Shown here: in pieces, positions 39,544 through 49,252 of the stretch | Layout: each line of letters opens with the position of its first letter | How positions within the stretch are numbered: the first letter of the stretch is position 1 | Source of the DNA: Alphaproteobacteria bacterium | GTDB lineage: Bacteria; Pseudomonadota; Alphaproteobacteria; Bin95 | Direction: 5' to 3' | Length of the DNA stretch: 64,000 nt | Assembly: GCA_965660545.1 (NCBI GenBank) | Contig: CBFIAF010000002.1 | Location: forward strand, 14,335-78,334 | Notes under the pieces: model-generated | Database searches by the model: none | What the model saw: the letters and a program-made list of their open reading frames with translations, nothing else | Told to the model about the DNA's origin: nothing | Program-made: the position numbers and the translations under genes

Positions 39544-40339
39544 TATGCCAGACGTATCTCCTACTGCCGATGTTCTCTTGCGCGAAGATCGAGGTGCGGT
39601 CGCCATCCTCACGCTGAACCGCCCTGCTGCTCGTAACCCACTATCCGAAGCGATGTTGGCTGCCCTCGCATCTAGCCTAGACGGTATCGCGGCGGATACA
39701 TCTATCCGTGCTGTGGTGTTGCAGGCAGAAGGAAAGGCGTTCTCAGCCGGGCATGATCTTAAAGAGGTGCAGGCGAACCGAAACCGGGAGTATTATGATT
39801 GGCTGCTGAAAGAATGCGCTGGTGTTATGAAACGCATTGTGCAATTGCCGCAGCCTGTCATTGCCGCAGTTGAAGGCATTGCGACAGCGGCAGGATGCCA
39901 GCTTGTTGCTAGCTGCGATATTGCATTTGCTTCAGAAGAAGCGCGGTTTGCGACGCCCGGCGTCAATATCGGGCTGTTTTGTTCTACTCCGATGGTGGCG
40001 CTATCCCGCAATGTAGCTCCAAAACATGCAATGGAGATGCTGCTGTCTGGCGAATTGATGGAAGCAGATCACGCCATGCGCATTGGCCTGATTAATCGGG
40101 TGGTGCCTGTTGGTGAAACGCGGTCGGCAGCGCTTGCTTTCGCTGAAAGTGTGGCGAGCCGTTCCGGATATACGGTCAAGAGCGGCAAGCATGCGTTCTA
40201 CAAGCAGCAGGAACTAGGCCTCGACGATGCCTACGATTATGCGTCAGGCGTTATGGCGGAAAACATGATGGCGCGGGATGCAGAAGAAGGCATTGGCGCA
40301 TTTATCGAAAAACGTGATCCTGAATGGGAAGGTCAATAA
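39544..40339 (+). CDS. Enoyl-CoA hydratase/isomerase (crotonase) family protein
   Basis: …AVAILTLNRPAARNPLS…KAFSAGHDLKE…AAVEGIATAAGCQLVASCDIAFAS is the crotonase fold signature. Confidence 0.85.
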
Positions 40340-40343
40340 ATCA

Positions 40344-41303
40344 ATGAGCGGTATAAATTTCGGCTTACAGGTTCCCCATCGTGGCCCCATGACGGACCCA
40401 CACTGTATCCGCGCGATCGTGACTGAGACGGAGAAACTTGGCTACGGCACGCTCATTGTTTCAGATCACGTCGTAGTGCCAAAGGATATCTCATCACGAT
40501 ACCCCTATTCCGAAGAAGGTAGCTTTCCCGGCCAGGCAGGTGGCGAGTGCATGGAGCAGTTGACCCTGATAGCCTATGTCGCAGCGCTGACAAACAAAGT
40601 AAAATTGCTGACGTCTGTCATGGTTGTTCCGCACCGGGAGCCGCTGTTGGCGGCCAAATCTTTGGCGACGACGGACCAGCTATCCGGCGGGCGTTTAATT
40701 GTTGGCTGCGGGACGGGCTGGATGCGTGAGGAATTTGAGGCATTAGGTGCACCAGATTTCGATAAGCGCGGCGAAGTGACGGATGATTATATCCGTATTT
40801 TTAAGAAGGTATGGACGGATGATCACGCCGCCCACGACAGCCCATATTCCAAGTTCTCTAATATCACGTTCCAGCCGAAGCCAATTCAAAAGCCGCACCC
40901 GCCAGTCTGGATCGGTGGCGAATCTGGCCGCGCCCAGCGCCGTGTGGCGGAGCTTGGGGATGGTTGGTACCCGCTCGGTGCCAATCCACGGTCACCGCTC
41001 GATTCATCTGAACGGTACGCAGCTGGCCGCGATAAGCTTTATGAAAGAGTCGAGGCGGCTGGCCGGGATCCTGCAGATATCGCGCTTGGCTACAACGCGC
41101 CATTTCATAGCCAAACCGAAACCAAGAACCGCGAAGGTGGCCGTTTGATCCTCACTGGCAGTGCTGCAGATCGCGCCGCTGATATCGCAAGCCTGAAAGA
41201 AGTCGGCGTCGGCACAATTATCCTAAACCTCCACGGCCAGACCTTGCCGGAGACGCTGGATCGCATGCGCGAATTCCAGGCGGAGGTGGCACCGCTTGTT
41301 TAG
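40344..41303 (+). CDS. LLM-class (luciferase-like) flavin/F420-dependent oxidoreductase
   Basis: …GTLIVSDHVVVP…LLTSVMVVPHREPLLAAKSLATTDQLSGGRLIVGCGTGWMREEFEALG is the LLM family pattern. Confidence 0.75.
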   Translation: MSGINFGLQVPHRGPMTDPHCIRAIVTETEKLGYGTLIVSDHVVVPKDISSRYPYSEEGSFPGQAGGECMEQLTLIAYVAALTNKVKLLTSVMVVPHREPLLAAKSLATTDQLSGGRLIVGCGTGWMREEFEALGAPDFDKRGEVTDDYIRIFKKVWTDDHAAHDSPYSKFSNITFQPKPIQKPHPPVWIGGESGRAQRRVAELGDGWYPLGANPRSPLDSSERYAAGRDKLYERVEAAGRDPADIALGYNAPFHSQTETKNREGGRLILTGSAADRAADIASLKEVGVGTIILNLHGQTLPETLDRMREFQAEVAPLV

Positions 41304-41685
41304 GCTAGTTTTAGTCCAATCACGCCGACAATGATCAATCTGACAAATACCATGCGGAGAGCGCTTGCTGAATTGCCGTAAATGGTCACGCCAACGATGA
41401 AAGTGCCAGCAGCGCCTATTCCTGTCCAAACCGCGTAAGCAATGCCTTTGGGGGATGTTTTGCTACGCATAGAGAAGAAGTGTTCCGCTAACACCTATGC
41501 AGATGCAGCCAAACGCGATCCAACCCCAATGAAGCCCTTTGGTCGGTATAACCTTGCTTTAATCCGATAGGCCACCCGATCCTAAATAGTCCGGCTGCCA
41601 AAAGTGCCGCCCATGCATGGTTTATTGCCTCATCTCCGCCAGCGCCCTGCTGTGCGAAGTTCTGGCACGGTCCAGAATATGACAA
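41300..41685 (-). pseudogene. SMR-family (SugE/EmrE-like) small multidrug transporter gene with at least two frameshifts
   Basis: The N-terminal frame reads …HAWAALLAAGLFRIGWPIGLKQGYT. A middle frame reads …LHWGWIAFGCICIGVSGTLLLYA. The C-terminal frame reads …FSMRSKTSPKGIAYAVWTGIGAAGTFIVGVTIYGNSASALRMVFVRLIIVGVIGLKLA. Joined, these match the roughly 105-aa SugE pattern. Confidence 0.55.
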
Positions 41686-42853
41686 CGGGGATGGAAATAG
41701 CGCCTAAAGCTAAAGCGATGACGGCGGCGTAACCGTCTGTCACGTCATGGATTAGGCCGCCCAATGTCGCGCCAACGGCGGCACCTGCGCCCATGCCCAT
41801 GAAGATTGCGCCCATGATCAGACCCAGATCTGGACCGCGGCCGAATATTCGGGCGGTGAGGGCGGAGATGACAGGGCCGCGGCTGCCAAAGCTGGCACCA
41901 TAAAGGGTCACAAACGCCCATAGCAGGAATGTGCTGGGCGCGATGGCAAGGGCTGTTAACAGGATATAGCCGAATATCGTCAGGCTGTAGGAGAGCGTTA
42001 CAGAAATCAGCGCGCCGTATCTATCTGCGATCACACCGAAGACCAGTAGGCCCACCGTGGCTGATATGCCAGAAACCCCAAAGGCGCTCGCCGCTGTGAT
42101 CGGATTGACGCCATTCTCTACCAGGAACGCCACGATCTGTGGCTGGACGGAAAACATGGAAATGGCCGTAATGAAATGGACGGCTGTTAACGCCCAATAC
42201 GGCCGGGAGCGGACGGCACGCTTAAATGTCCAAGCTTCAAGCGGCGCAGATGATAGGCCCCTCTGCTGGTCCATTAAATCTGGGTGGCCGCGGGCGATTT
42301 TTCGCCACGGCGCGAAAATGGTGATCACGCCGAGTGAAGCCACGATGATGGCAATACCGACGTAAGCGTTGCGCCAACCCAGACCATCAATCAGATATTG
42401 CGTAACCGGTGAGAATGTCATCACGCCGATGCCGGCTGCACCGGATACGATGGCGATAGCGGTCGTCAAAGAACGCCCGAACCAACGCGCCAGCAGCGTC
42501 GACTGTACAGCGATGCCGAGTGCGGCCGCACCAAATCCCACGATTAGGCTGAGCCCTAGATAGAACTGCCAAAGCGTTGTCAACTGTGATGCCAAAAATG
42601 GCCCAAGCGCCAGGCATGCCATCCCGAGCGGAAACAATACCGCAGGCCCGAATCTATCGAACAGGCGTCCCGCGACTGGCGAGAAGACGCCAAGGCCCAG
42701 CATGCCGAGCGCGTAGATGCTGTTCGCTTCCGCCCGCGACCAGCCCAGATCAGCGCTGACCGGCAGCAAGAACACGGCAAACGTCTCGCTGACGCCGCGC
42801 GCGCTTGCACTCGTAATAACGAAGAGCACAAGTGCGACAAGGCCCAGTGTCAT
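41630..42853 (-). CDS. MFS transporter
   Basis: It has 12 TM segments with the GRxxDRxGxR-like loop (…AGRLFDRFGPA…). Confidence 0.8.
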   Translation of the reverse strand: MTLGLVALVLFVITSASARGVSETFAVFLLPVSADLGWSRAEANSIYALGMLGLGVFSPVAGRLFDRFGPAVLFPLGMACLALGPFLASQLTTLWQFYLGLSLIVGFGAAALGIAVQSTLLARWFGRSLTTAIAIVSGAAGIGVMTFSPVTQYLIDGLGWRNAYVGIAIIVASLGVITIFAPWRKIARGHPDLMDQQRGLSSAPLEAWTFKRAVRSRPYWALTAVHFITAISMFSVQPQIVAFLVENGVNPITAASAFGVSGISATVGLLVFGVIADRYGALISVTLSYSLTIFGYILLTALAIAPSTFLLWAFVTLYGASFGSRGPVISALTARIFGRGPDLGLIMGAIFMGMGAGAAVGATLGGLIHDVTDGYAAVIALALGAISIPVVIFWTVPELRTAGRWRR

Positions 42854-42894
42854 GCCTTTGCGTGCGATAGAAGGTCCGGTAGTGGGCGTACTGG

Positions 42895-43503
42895 TCAGCG
42901 GGGCTGAACACCGAGCAGGCGCTCCCGGAACCTATGCTTCAAGTAGACGCCGTCCTGCGGAGGCAATGCCATGCCAGCGGCTTCTGCGCTGATTTTGACA
43001 ACAGCACAGGCGGGGCCTTGAACCGTTTTAATCCAGTCATGCAGCTCTTCTGCTTCATCCGGTGTTTTGATGTCCCGAACGGCCCGATAGCCAAGACCAA
43101 TAGCCGTCTGTGCTAGATTAACGCCGCGCGCAGTGTGTGTGGTCTGCTGACCTGTTTCACCGTAGCGCTCATTGTCGAGTATGACGACAATCAGGTTCTC
43201 AAGCCCTTCAGCGCCTGCGGCTGCGAGCCCCGTTAACCCCATCAGCACTTCACCATCGCCTGTCAACGCTATAACGCGCTTTTCTGGCTGTGCAGCTGCA
43301 AGGCCCATTGCCATTGGTACCGCCCCGCCCATGGCACCATAAAGGTAGAAGTTCAGCGGATGATCGCCCGCGGCTTTCAGGTCGTAACAAGGTGAGCCGA
43401 GACCAGCGACAATGCACAGGTCATCTTCGCGGTACGCTACAAGGTGGCCGACAAATGTGCGGCGGTCAATAAGGCCGTCCGGTTTGGTTCTAATCACGCT
43501 CAT
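42895..43503 (-). CDS. TPP-dependent decarboxylase, beta (TPP-binding) subunit; sulfopyruvate/phosphonopyruvate-decarboxylase (ComE)-like
   Basis: It has the GDG…N TPP-binding motif (ALTGDGEVLMGL…LIVVILDNERYGETGGQ). It is a short 202-aa protein overlapping the alpha subunit by 4 nt. Confidence 0.7.
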   Translation of the reverse strand: MSVIRTKPDGLIDRRTFVGHLVAYREDDLCIVAGLGSPCYDLKAAGDHPLNFYLYGAMGGAVPMAMGLAAAQPEKRVIALTGDGEVLMGLTGLAAAGAEGLENLIVVILDNERYGETGQQTTHTARGVNLAQTAIGLGYRAVRDIKTPDEAEELHDWIKTVQGPACAVVKISAEAAGMALPPQDGVYLKHRFRERLLGVQPR

Positions 43504-44054
43504 TTCTTGTTGTCTCCAAGACCGCCGTCAGAGAATTTCTTGGTGCCGACTAGCTTCTGCGCCAGCAGAACCGCCGTTTGGCAATTGCCGTTATAGGCTT
43601 GATCAATTGCAACGCGGACGGTTTCAGCCACGTCTTCAGGTGTTTCGCAGCGATAACATTTCACGCCGGAAAGCTCCAAATGCGCTTGGGTCGTTTCGCC
43701 CATCTGCATCTGCCAGGAATTAAACTCGCCCCATTCGCCACGCATTGTGATGAACATTGGCATTGGGAACTGGCAAGTTTTAGCCAAGCTCAACATATTA
43801 ATGGTATTGCCCACACCACTGGACTGCATCAGCAGCGCGCCTTTTTGCCCGCCGAGCCACGCGCCAGCCAGGCAGGCAACAGCGTCTTCTTCCGTTGCTA
43901 CAGACATGGCGCGTATGCCGTTGGCAGTGTGGGTGCGTTCGATCAGCCTTTTGTGGCCGGCATCTGGCACATAGGCGACCTGGGCGATGTTGGCGTCTTG
44001 GAATGCGTCAAAGATCGCATCCCGCCAGGCATCAGCTTGGGCTTGGTCAGTCAA
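43500..44054 (-). CDS. TPP-dependent decarboxylase, alpha (pyrimidine-binding) subunit; ComD-like
   Basis: A 184-aa TPP_enzyme_N-like product (…LLMQSSGVGNTINMLSLAKTCQFPMPMFITMRGEWGE…). Confidence 0.7.
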   Translation of the reverse strand: MTDQAQADAWRDAIFDAFQDANIAQVAYVPDAGHKRLIERTHTANGIRAMSVATEEDAVACLAGAWLGGQKGALLMQSSGVGNTINMLSLAKTCQFPMPMFITMRGEWGEFNSWQMQMGETTQAHLELSGVKCYRCETPEDVAETVRVAIDQAYNGNCQTAVLLAQKLVGTKKFSDGGLGDNKK

Positions 44055-44138
44055 TGGGATGATTTCCTTCGGATAGGCAGGCGTGTTAAGTCTATCGAAA
44101 TTTTTGTATCACGCAGACTAGGGCATATACTGGCCACA

Positions 44139-45365
44139 ATGTCAGCCCCTTTAAACATGGCAGACCTGCCCCAGGCGCTGGTCTCGACAGCGAGGGCGGT
44201 AAAATATCCGTCCGCCCGTATAATTTTTTATTACGTGGCCATGTTCGGGACCGTCGCGATCATTGGCCCGTTCTTGCCGCTATGGATGGAGGGCAGGGGC
44301 CTTTCGCCGGTAGAGATAGGCTACATCCTGGCCGCAATGTCATGGGTGCGGGTGACTGTGAACCCACTGGCAGCCCATGTGGCGGACATAACAGGCCGTC
44401 GTAAACGCTTAGCAATGCTTTGTGCTGGCTTCGCTTTCATAGCAATGGCGGTGTTGACGCAAACCTACGGTTTTTGGGGAATTTTGGCGGTTCTTGCGGT
44501 TGGCAATGCATTGCAAGGGCCGGTGCTCCCAGTAGGTGAAAACCTATGCTTACTTACAATACGGGCGCGCGGCCTGGAGTACGGGTTCCTGCGTTCTTGG
44601 GGGTCGGTCGCGTTCATCGTTGTGGTGACGGCGGCCGGGTTCTGGCTTGAAGGCGGCTCATCTGACGATGTGATTTATATGTTGGTCGGCGGCCTTATGC
44701 TGATTTTTGTGGCCGTGGCTTTCTTGCCTGACCTCCGTTCTCCGCCGCGAGGGGACGCAGGCCGAAAGTTTGCCTCTGCCCCCGCATGGGCGCTGTTGCG
44801 CGACCGCCGTTTCCAATTGCTGCTGCTGGCCGCCGCTGCCAATATGAGCGCCCATGCAGCTCTGAACGGCTATTCTACGATCTACTGGAAGGCGGCAGGG
44901 ATCACCGAAAGCCAGATCAGTATGCTCTGGTCCATCGGTGTCGTGGCGGAGATTTTGCTGTTCTGGGCCAGCGTATTCCTGGTGCGGAAATTTGGGCCTG
45001 GCGGCCTGATGGCTTTGGGCGCTGCAGGCGGCGTAATCCGCTGGATCGGCCTTGGCCTGACGACCGATTACGAGCTGCTCTTGGTGTTCCAATCCCTCCA
45101 CGGCCTGACATTCGGCGCGGCCCATCTGGGTGCGATGACCTACCTCCAACGCCATGTGCCGACGAGCTCATCCGCCACTGGCCAGGCCCTTTATTCGGCC
45201 CTCGGCATGGGCATGGCGATAGCGATCATGCAGCCCATAACCGGTGGCATCTTCGAAGATCACGGCGGCTCCACGGCATTTCTCATGATGGCGGGACTAG
45301 CCGGATTAGGCCTGACATTTGCGCTTGGATTGGCAAGGCGATTGCGGCGAGAGGGTTCTGAATAG
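44139..45365 (+). CDS. MFS transporter (YbjJ/PPP-like subfamily)
   Basis: It has 12 TM helices. The start is chosen at ATG 44139 (MSAPLNMADL…); the longer 43578 ORF runs antisense through the ComD-like gene. Confidence 0.75.
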   Translation: MSAPLNMADLPQALVSTARAVKYPSARIIFYYVAMFGTVAIIGPFLPLWMEGRGLSPVEIGYILAAMSWVRVTVNPLAAHVADITGRRKRLAMLCAGFAFIAMAVLTQTYGFWGILAVLAVGNALQGPVLPVGENLCLLTIRARGLEYGFLRSWGSVAFIVVVTAAGFWLEGGSSDDVIYMLVGGLMLIFVAVAFLPDLRSPPRGDAGRKFASAPAWALLRDRRFQLLLLAAAANMSAHAALNGYSTIYWKAAGITESQISMLWSIGVVAEILLFWASVFLVRKFGPGGLMALGAAGGVIRWIGLGLTTDYELLLVFQSLHGLTFGAAHLGAMTYLQRHVPTSSSATGQALYSALGMGMAIAIMQPITGGIFEDHGGSTAFLMMAGLAGLGLTFALGLARRLRREGSE

Positions 45366-45399
45366 CGCGTAAGGCCTGCTCATTTTCTGTTGGCGCGCT

Positions 45400-45520
45400 C
45401 CTCTACCTGCCCCCTTGAGGGGGCGAGGGGACCCTCACGCAGGCTTCCTCATTACAGGCAGTGCTTACGGGTGACCTAAATCGCCACTAAGTCTCCTCCC
45501 CCTACATCGGGGGAGAGGAA
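45400..45520. repeat. Pair of GC-rich palindromic hairpins in the intergenic region (REP-like, possible bidirectional terminators)
   Basis: CCCCCTTGAGGGGG at about 45408 and CTCCTCCCCCTACATCGGGGGAGAGGA at about 45490. Confidence 0.35.
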
Positions 45521-45666
45521 ACAAGGTGAGGGGGCTCTTGCAGGATGGAACAAAATTCGGATTCTAGGGTCGGGCTCAACAATCCGCCTACCGCGCTGCG
45601 GCTTAACTTGCATAAAAGCCCTTTTAGCTGATACGAACTTATAAATGACTCACGAGAAAGAGGACG

Positions 45667-46611
45667 ATGACCGCGAGCATATTTATCGACGGCGAGGCTG
45701 GGACTACTGGCCTGCAGATCTTTGAGCGGCTGAATGGACGGACGGATATCGAAATCATCCGTTTGGACGATGCTGAGCGCAAAGATGATGGCCGCCGACG
45801 GGATGCGCTGAACGCAGCTGATGTCGCGATCCTCTGCCTACCGGATCTCGCAGCGCGCGAAGCCGTCAGCCTGATTGATAACTCTGCCACACGGGTGATC
45901 GACGCTTCCACCGCCCATCGGACGGCGGATGATTGGGTCTATGGCTTTCAGGAATATGCGCCCGACCAGCGCCAGCGCATCAGTGGTGCGACGCGGATCA
46001 GTAATCCTGGCTGCTATTCGCTGACATCTATCGCGATGCTGCATTCGTTGGTGAAGACGGGGCTGGTGGCTAAAGATTGGCCTATTACGATTAATGCCGT
46101 ATCCGGCTATTCAGGCGGTGGGAAGTCCTTGATCGCGGAGTTTGAAGGCCCGGAAGCTCAGCGTTGCGAAAGCACGATCTTTAGCTATGCGCTAAGCCTG
46201 AAGCATAAGCATCTGCCTGAGATAAAGCGTTGGGCGAACCTCGACCATGCGCCGATCTTTGAGCCCCATGTTGGCAGCTACCGTCAAGGGATGCTTGTCC
46301 AGGTGCCATTGCCGCTTTGGGCGATGGCTGGAAACCCTACGCCTGAACGAGTTCATGAAGTGCTAGCGGAACACTATGAGGACGAGCAATTTGTCGAGGT
46401 GGCCCCACTTGGTCCGCCTGAAGGGAATGACAGGCTTGATCCAGAGTGTCTTAATGGCACGAATAAGCTGCGCCTGCATGTGCTGAGTAATCCAGACGGC
46501 GATGCGGCTGTAGTCGCGGGGCTTCTAGATAATCTGGGCAAAGGTGCTTCTGGCCAAGCTGTTCAGACGCTCAACATGCTAATCGGCGTTGACGAAGCAA
46601 CAGGACTTTAA
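45667..46611 (+). CDS. argC: N-acetyl-gamma-glutamyl-phosphate reductase (short type-2 form)
   Basis: MTASIFIDGEAGTTGLQI…NPGCYSLTSI is the catalytic-Cys motif. The 314-aa length is typical of the alphaproteobacterial ArgC. Confidence 0.9.
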   Translation: MTASIFIDGEAGTTGLQIFERLNGRTDIEIIRLDDAERKDDGRRRDALNAADVAILCLPDLAAREAVSLIDNSATRVIDASTAHRTADDWVYGFQEYAPDQRQRISGATRISNPGCYSLTSIAMLHSLVKTGLVAKDWPITINAVSGYSGGGKSLIAEFEGPEAQRCESTIFSYALSLKHKHLPEIKRWANLDHAPIFEPHVGSYRQGMLVQVPLPLWAMAGNPTPERVHEVLAEHYEDEQFVEVAPLGPPEGNDRLDPECLNGTNKLRLHVLSNPDGDAAVVAGLLDNLGKGASGQAVQTLNMLIGVDEATGL

Positions 46612-46614
46612 GTA

Positions 46615-47172
46615 TTGATGCAAGGTAGTAGCCTTCCGGCCCCTAAGGGGCTGATCTTACCGCATGAGGGCATCCTGCCCCGCGTGGCGGACGATGTATT
46701 TTTGGCGCCGGGCGTCATTGTCGTTGGCGACGTTGAAATCGGAGTGCGGTCTAGCCTTTGGTACAACGTCGTCGTCCGCGCCGATGTTGGGTTGGTCCGT
46801 ATCGGGTCGGGCACGAACATTCAGGACGGTAGCGTCGTGCATGTGACGGGTGGGCAATTTGATACGTTCATCGGTGATGACGTGTTGATCGGCCACTTGG
46901 CGATGATCCACGGCTGTCAAATCCACGATCGTGCATTCATCGGTATGAAGGCAACTATCCTTGATGGGGCGGTTGTCGAGTCGGACGCTATGGTCGCGGC
47001 TGGTGCCGTCGTAACGCCAAATAAGGTCGTTAAATCGGGCGAGCTTTGGGCGGGCGCTCCTGCAAAGAAAATGCGGGATATGGGTGCTGATGAGATCGCG
47101 CACCGGGCCAAGTCCGCGCCCAATTATGCGCTCAATGCAGCACAACACCGCCGCGCGCTAGGCCACGACTGA
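46615..47172 (+). CDS. Gamma-carbonic-anhydrase-like hexapeptide-repeat protein
   Basis: It has left-handed beta-helix repeats and the conserved HxxxxH (…VHVTGG…IGHLAMIHGCQIHD…). Confidence 0.8.
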   Translation: MMQGSSLPAPKGLILPHEGILPRVADDVFLAPGVIVVGDVEIGVRSSLWYNVVVRADVGLVRIGSGTNIQDGSVVHVTGGQFDTFIGDDVLIGHLAMIHGCQIHDRAFIGMKATILDGAVVESDAMVAAGAVVTPNKVVKSGELWAGAPAKKMRDMGADEIAHRAKSAPNYALNAAQHRRALGHD

Positions 47173-47200
47173 CGTTTATCGATTTCAGGAGATTCGCTCC

Positions 47201-48376
47201 ATGGCTTTGGATTATGCTCTGACGCCTGAAGGCGCGCTTCCGGCAGACGGAACAGCAGGCACACTCGTCGCTCGCATCTCGCTCCCCGGGAAGGGACCGG
47301 CTGTCGTGCGAATCGATGCTGATGGCGTCTATGATCTAACGCGGCGCTTTCCCACAATTGTAGATATATTGAGCAAGGCGGATCCTGCTACAGCAGTTAA
47401 TGCTGTTACACCGAGCGGACGTATTGGTGCGCTCGAAGATATTCTGGCTGCCAGCGCGCCAGATCGGCGAACGGCTGACGAAGCGCATTTTCTGGCCCCA
47501 CAGGATATCCAACCAGTCAAAGCTGCGGGCGTAACGTTCGCGGCTTCCATGCTGGAGCGTGTTATTGAGGAGCAAGCCAAAGGCGATCCAGCGCGGGCGG
47601 AAGCTGTCCGTGAGGCGGTGCGTGAGAAGGTTGGCGATGACCTTTTAAAGGTCGAGCCAGGGTCCCAGGCTGCGGAAGAGCTGAAGCTTCGCCTGATCGA
47701 GCTCGGTGTATGGTCGCAATATCTGGAAGTTGGCATTGGCCCCTATGCCGAAATCTTCACCAAATGCCCACCAATGGCTGCTGTCGGAACGGGCGCATTG
47801 ATTGGTTTGCACCCAGATTCGGACTGGAACAATCCAGAACCTGAGATCGTGCTGGTGATCGCGCCTTCAGGCCAAATTGTCGGTGCAACGCTCGGTAATG
47901 ATGTGAATTTGCGAGATATCGAAGGCCGGTCAGCGCTGTTGCTGGGGCGGGCGAAGGACAACAACGCCTCTTGCGCGCTTGGGCCATTTATCCGGCTTTT
48001 TGACCAGTCTTTTAGCATTGATGACGTGCGCCAAGCCGTGGTGTCTTTGTTGCTAACCGGCGAAGACAATTTCCGCATGGAAGGTGCATCTTCTATGAGG
48101 GAAATCAGCCGAGACCCTGAAGCCTTAGCCAGGGCTACGCTTTCCTCCGCGCACCAATACCCGGATGGCGCGTTTTTAATGTGCGGTACCATGTTCGCGC
48201 CGACTGACCTTCGTGACGGCGATGGATTTACTCATAAAATGGGCGACGTTGTTGAAATCGCGACGCCGACGCTGGGTCGCCTCGTCAATAAAGTTACGGC
48301 CACTGATAAGGCACCGCCATGGACGTTTGGCGTGCGTGACCTCATCAGGAGTCTGGCCGCGCGCGGGTTGGGCTGA
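47201..48376 (+). CDS. Fumarylacetoacetate-hydrolase (FAH) family protein
   Basis: The C-terminus …CGTMFAPT…GDVVEIATPTLGRLVNKV fits the FAH-fold pattern GTPxGxG…GDxVxxxIxGIGxLxNxV. Confidence 0.6.
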   Translation: MALDYALTPEGALPADGTAGTLVARISLPGKGPAVVRIDADGVYDLTRRFPTIVDILSKADPATAVNAVTPSGRIGALEDILAASAPDRRTADEAHFLAPQDIQPVKAAGVTFAASMLERVIEEQAKGDPARAEAVREAVREKVGDDLLKVEPGSQAAEELKLRLIELGVWSQYLEVGIGPYAEIFTKCPPMAAVGTGALIGLHPDSDWNNPEPEIVLVIAPSGQIVGATLGNDVNLRDIEGRSALLLGRAKDNNASCALGPFIRLFDQSFSIDDVRQAVVSLLLTGEDNFRMEGASSMREISRDPEALARATLSSAHQYPDGAFLMCGTMFAPTDLRDGDGFTHKMGDVVEIATPTLGRLVNKVTATDKAPPWTFGVRDLIRSLAARGLG

Positions 48377-48855
48377 TGTCGTTTGCAGCATATTAGCAAC
48401 CCGGGCCTTGCCGCTGGGTCTCCTCGCTCTCCAACGGGGGGAAGGAGGCGCTTACAGAAACCCCTGGGTATAAAGGCTTGCTAACCTAGTAGTGATTCGG
48501 TCCTTGTCACCGATGTAGTTGAATTACAGAGATTAAACAGACATCCATCGCCCTCGCGGCGGCGCTTGCCCCAATCATCTCTCTGTCAGCCAAAGCTGCT
48601 TCTGCTCGGTCAGTCGCCTTGGAGTTGTTCATGTCGCAAGGGTGTCATTCCTGTCCGCACGCATAGCAATACCTAGGCAAGTTAGCGAAACGTCCAGAAT
48701 TTGTAGCGCTCGAATGGCATTTCGATTATTGTAATAAACTGGACTATGGCGGGGCTCGAAATGGGAAGAATCCATTTTCGAGTGCTGAAGTGACAACTCG
48801 GCAGTGAGATCATAACTAATCCATTCGCGGCCAGCGACGGGTCTACACGCCATAA

Positions 48856-49233
48856 ATGATTGTTGCTGGCGTCAGCGAATCCGTTGGCTCAAATAGAGCG
48901 GATTTGGAACGGGCGATCCGTCAGATGCGCAAAGCGGCATCACAGGAAACACTGGATGTCCGTTGGTACGGCAATGATCTCGTTACCAGTGCTCAAGGGG
49001 TGAAGGCCACGCTATGGCGCGTTGATTTCATCAAAGAACAGATAACCGTTATCCGCAGTGGCGAAAATAAAGGCAAAGCATTGGCGAGCCATAATATCGT
49101 CCGTTCCAAAACACGCCTGCAATGCCGGAACGTAGACGGTGCGCACCGGTGCTTCGGCAGCAGGAATAGGCTGCGCTATTATCGCCCAGGAAAGGCGGAC
49201 GCGCCAAGTCTGGCAGCGAAATACTGTCCTTGA
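48856..49233 (+). CDS. Hypothetical protein
   Basis: A 125-aa ORF in a gene-poor gap with no recognisable domain. Confidence 0.2.
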   Translation: MIVAGVSESVGSNRADLERAIRQMRKAASQETLDVRWYGNDLVTSAQGVKATLWRVDFIKEQITVIRSGENKGKALASHNIVRSKTRLQCRNVDGAHRCFGSRNRLRYYRPGKADAPSLAAKYCP

Positions 49234-49252
49234 ATTGCGGCCTCAAGCTAAC

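Noticed and set aside
43578-44138. N-terminal 187 codons of the long ORF 43578..45365
   Set aside because: This part runs antisense through the ComD-like gene. The MFS homology and an ATG preceded by a reasonable spacer begin at 44139.
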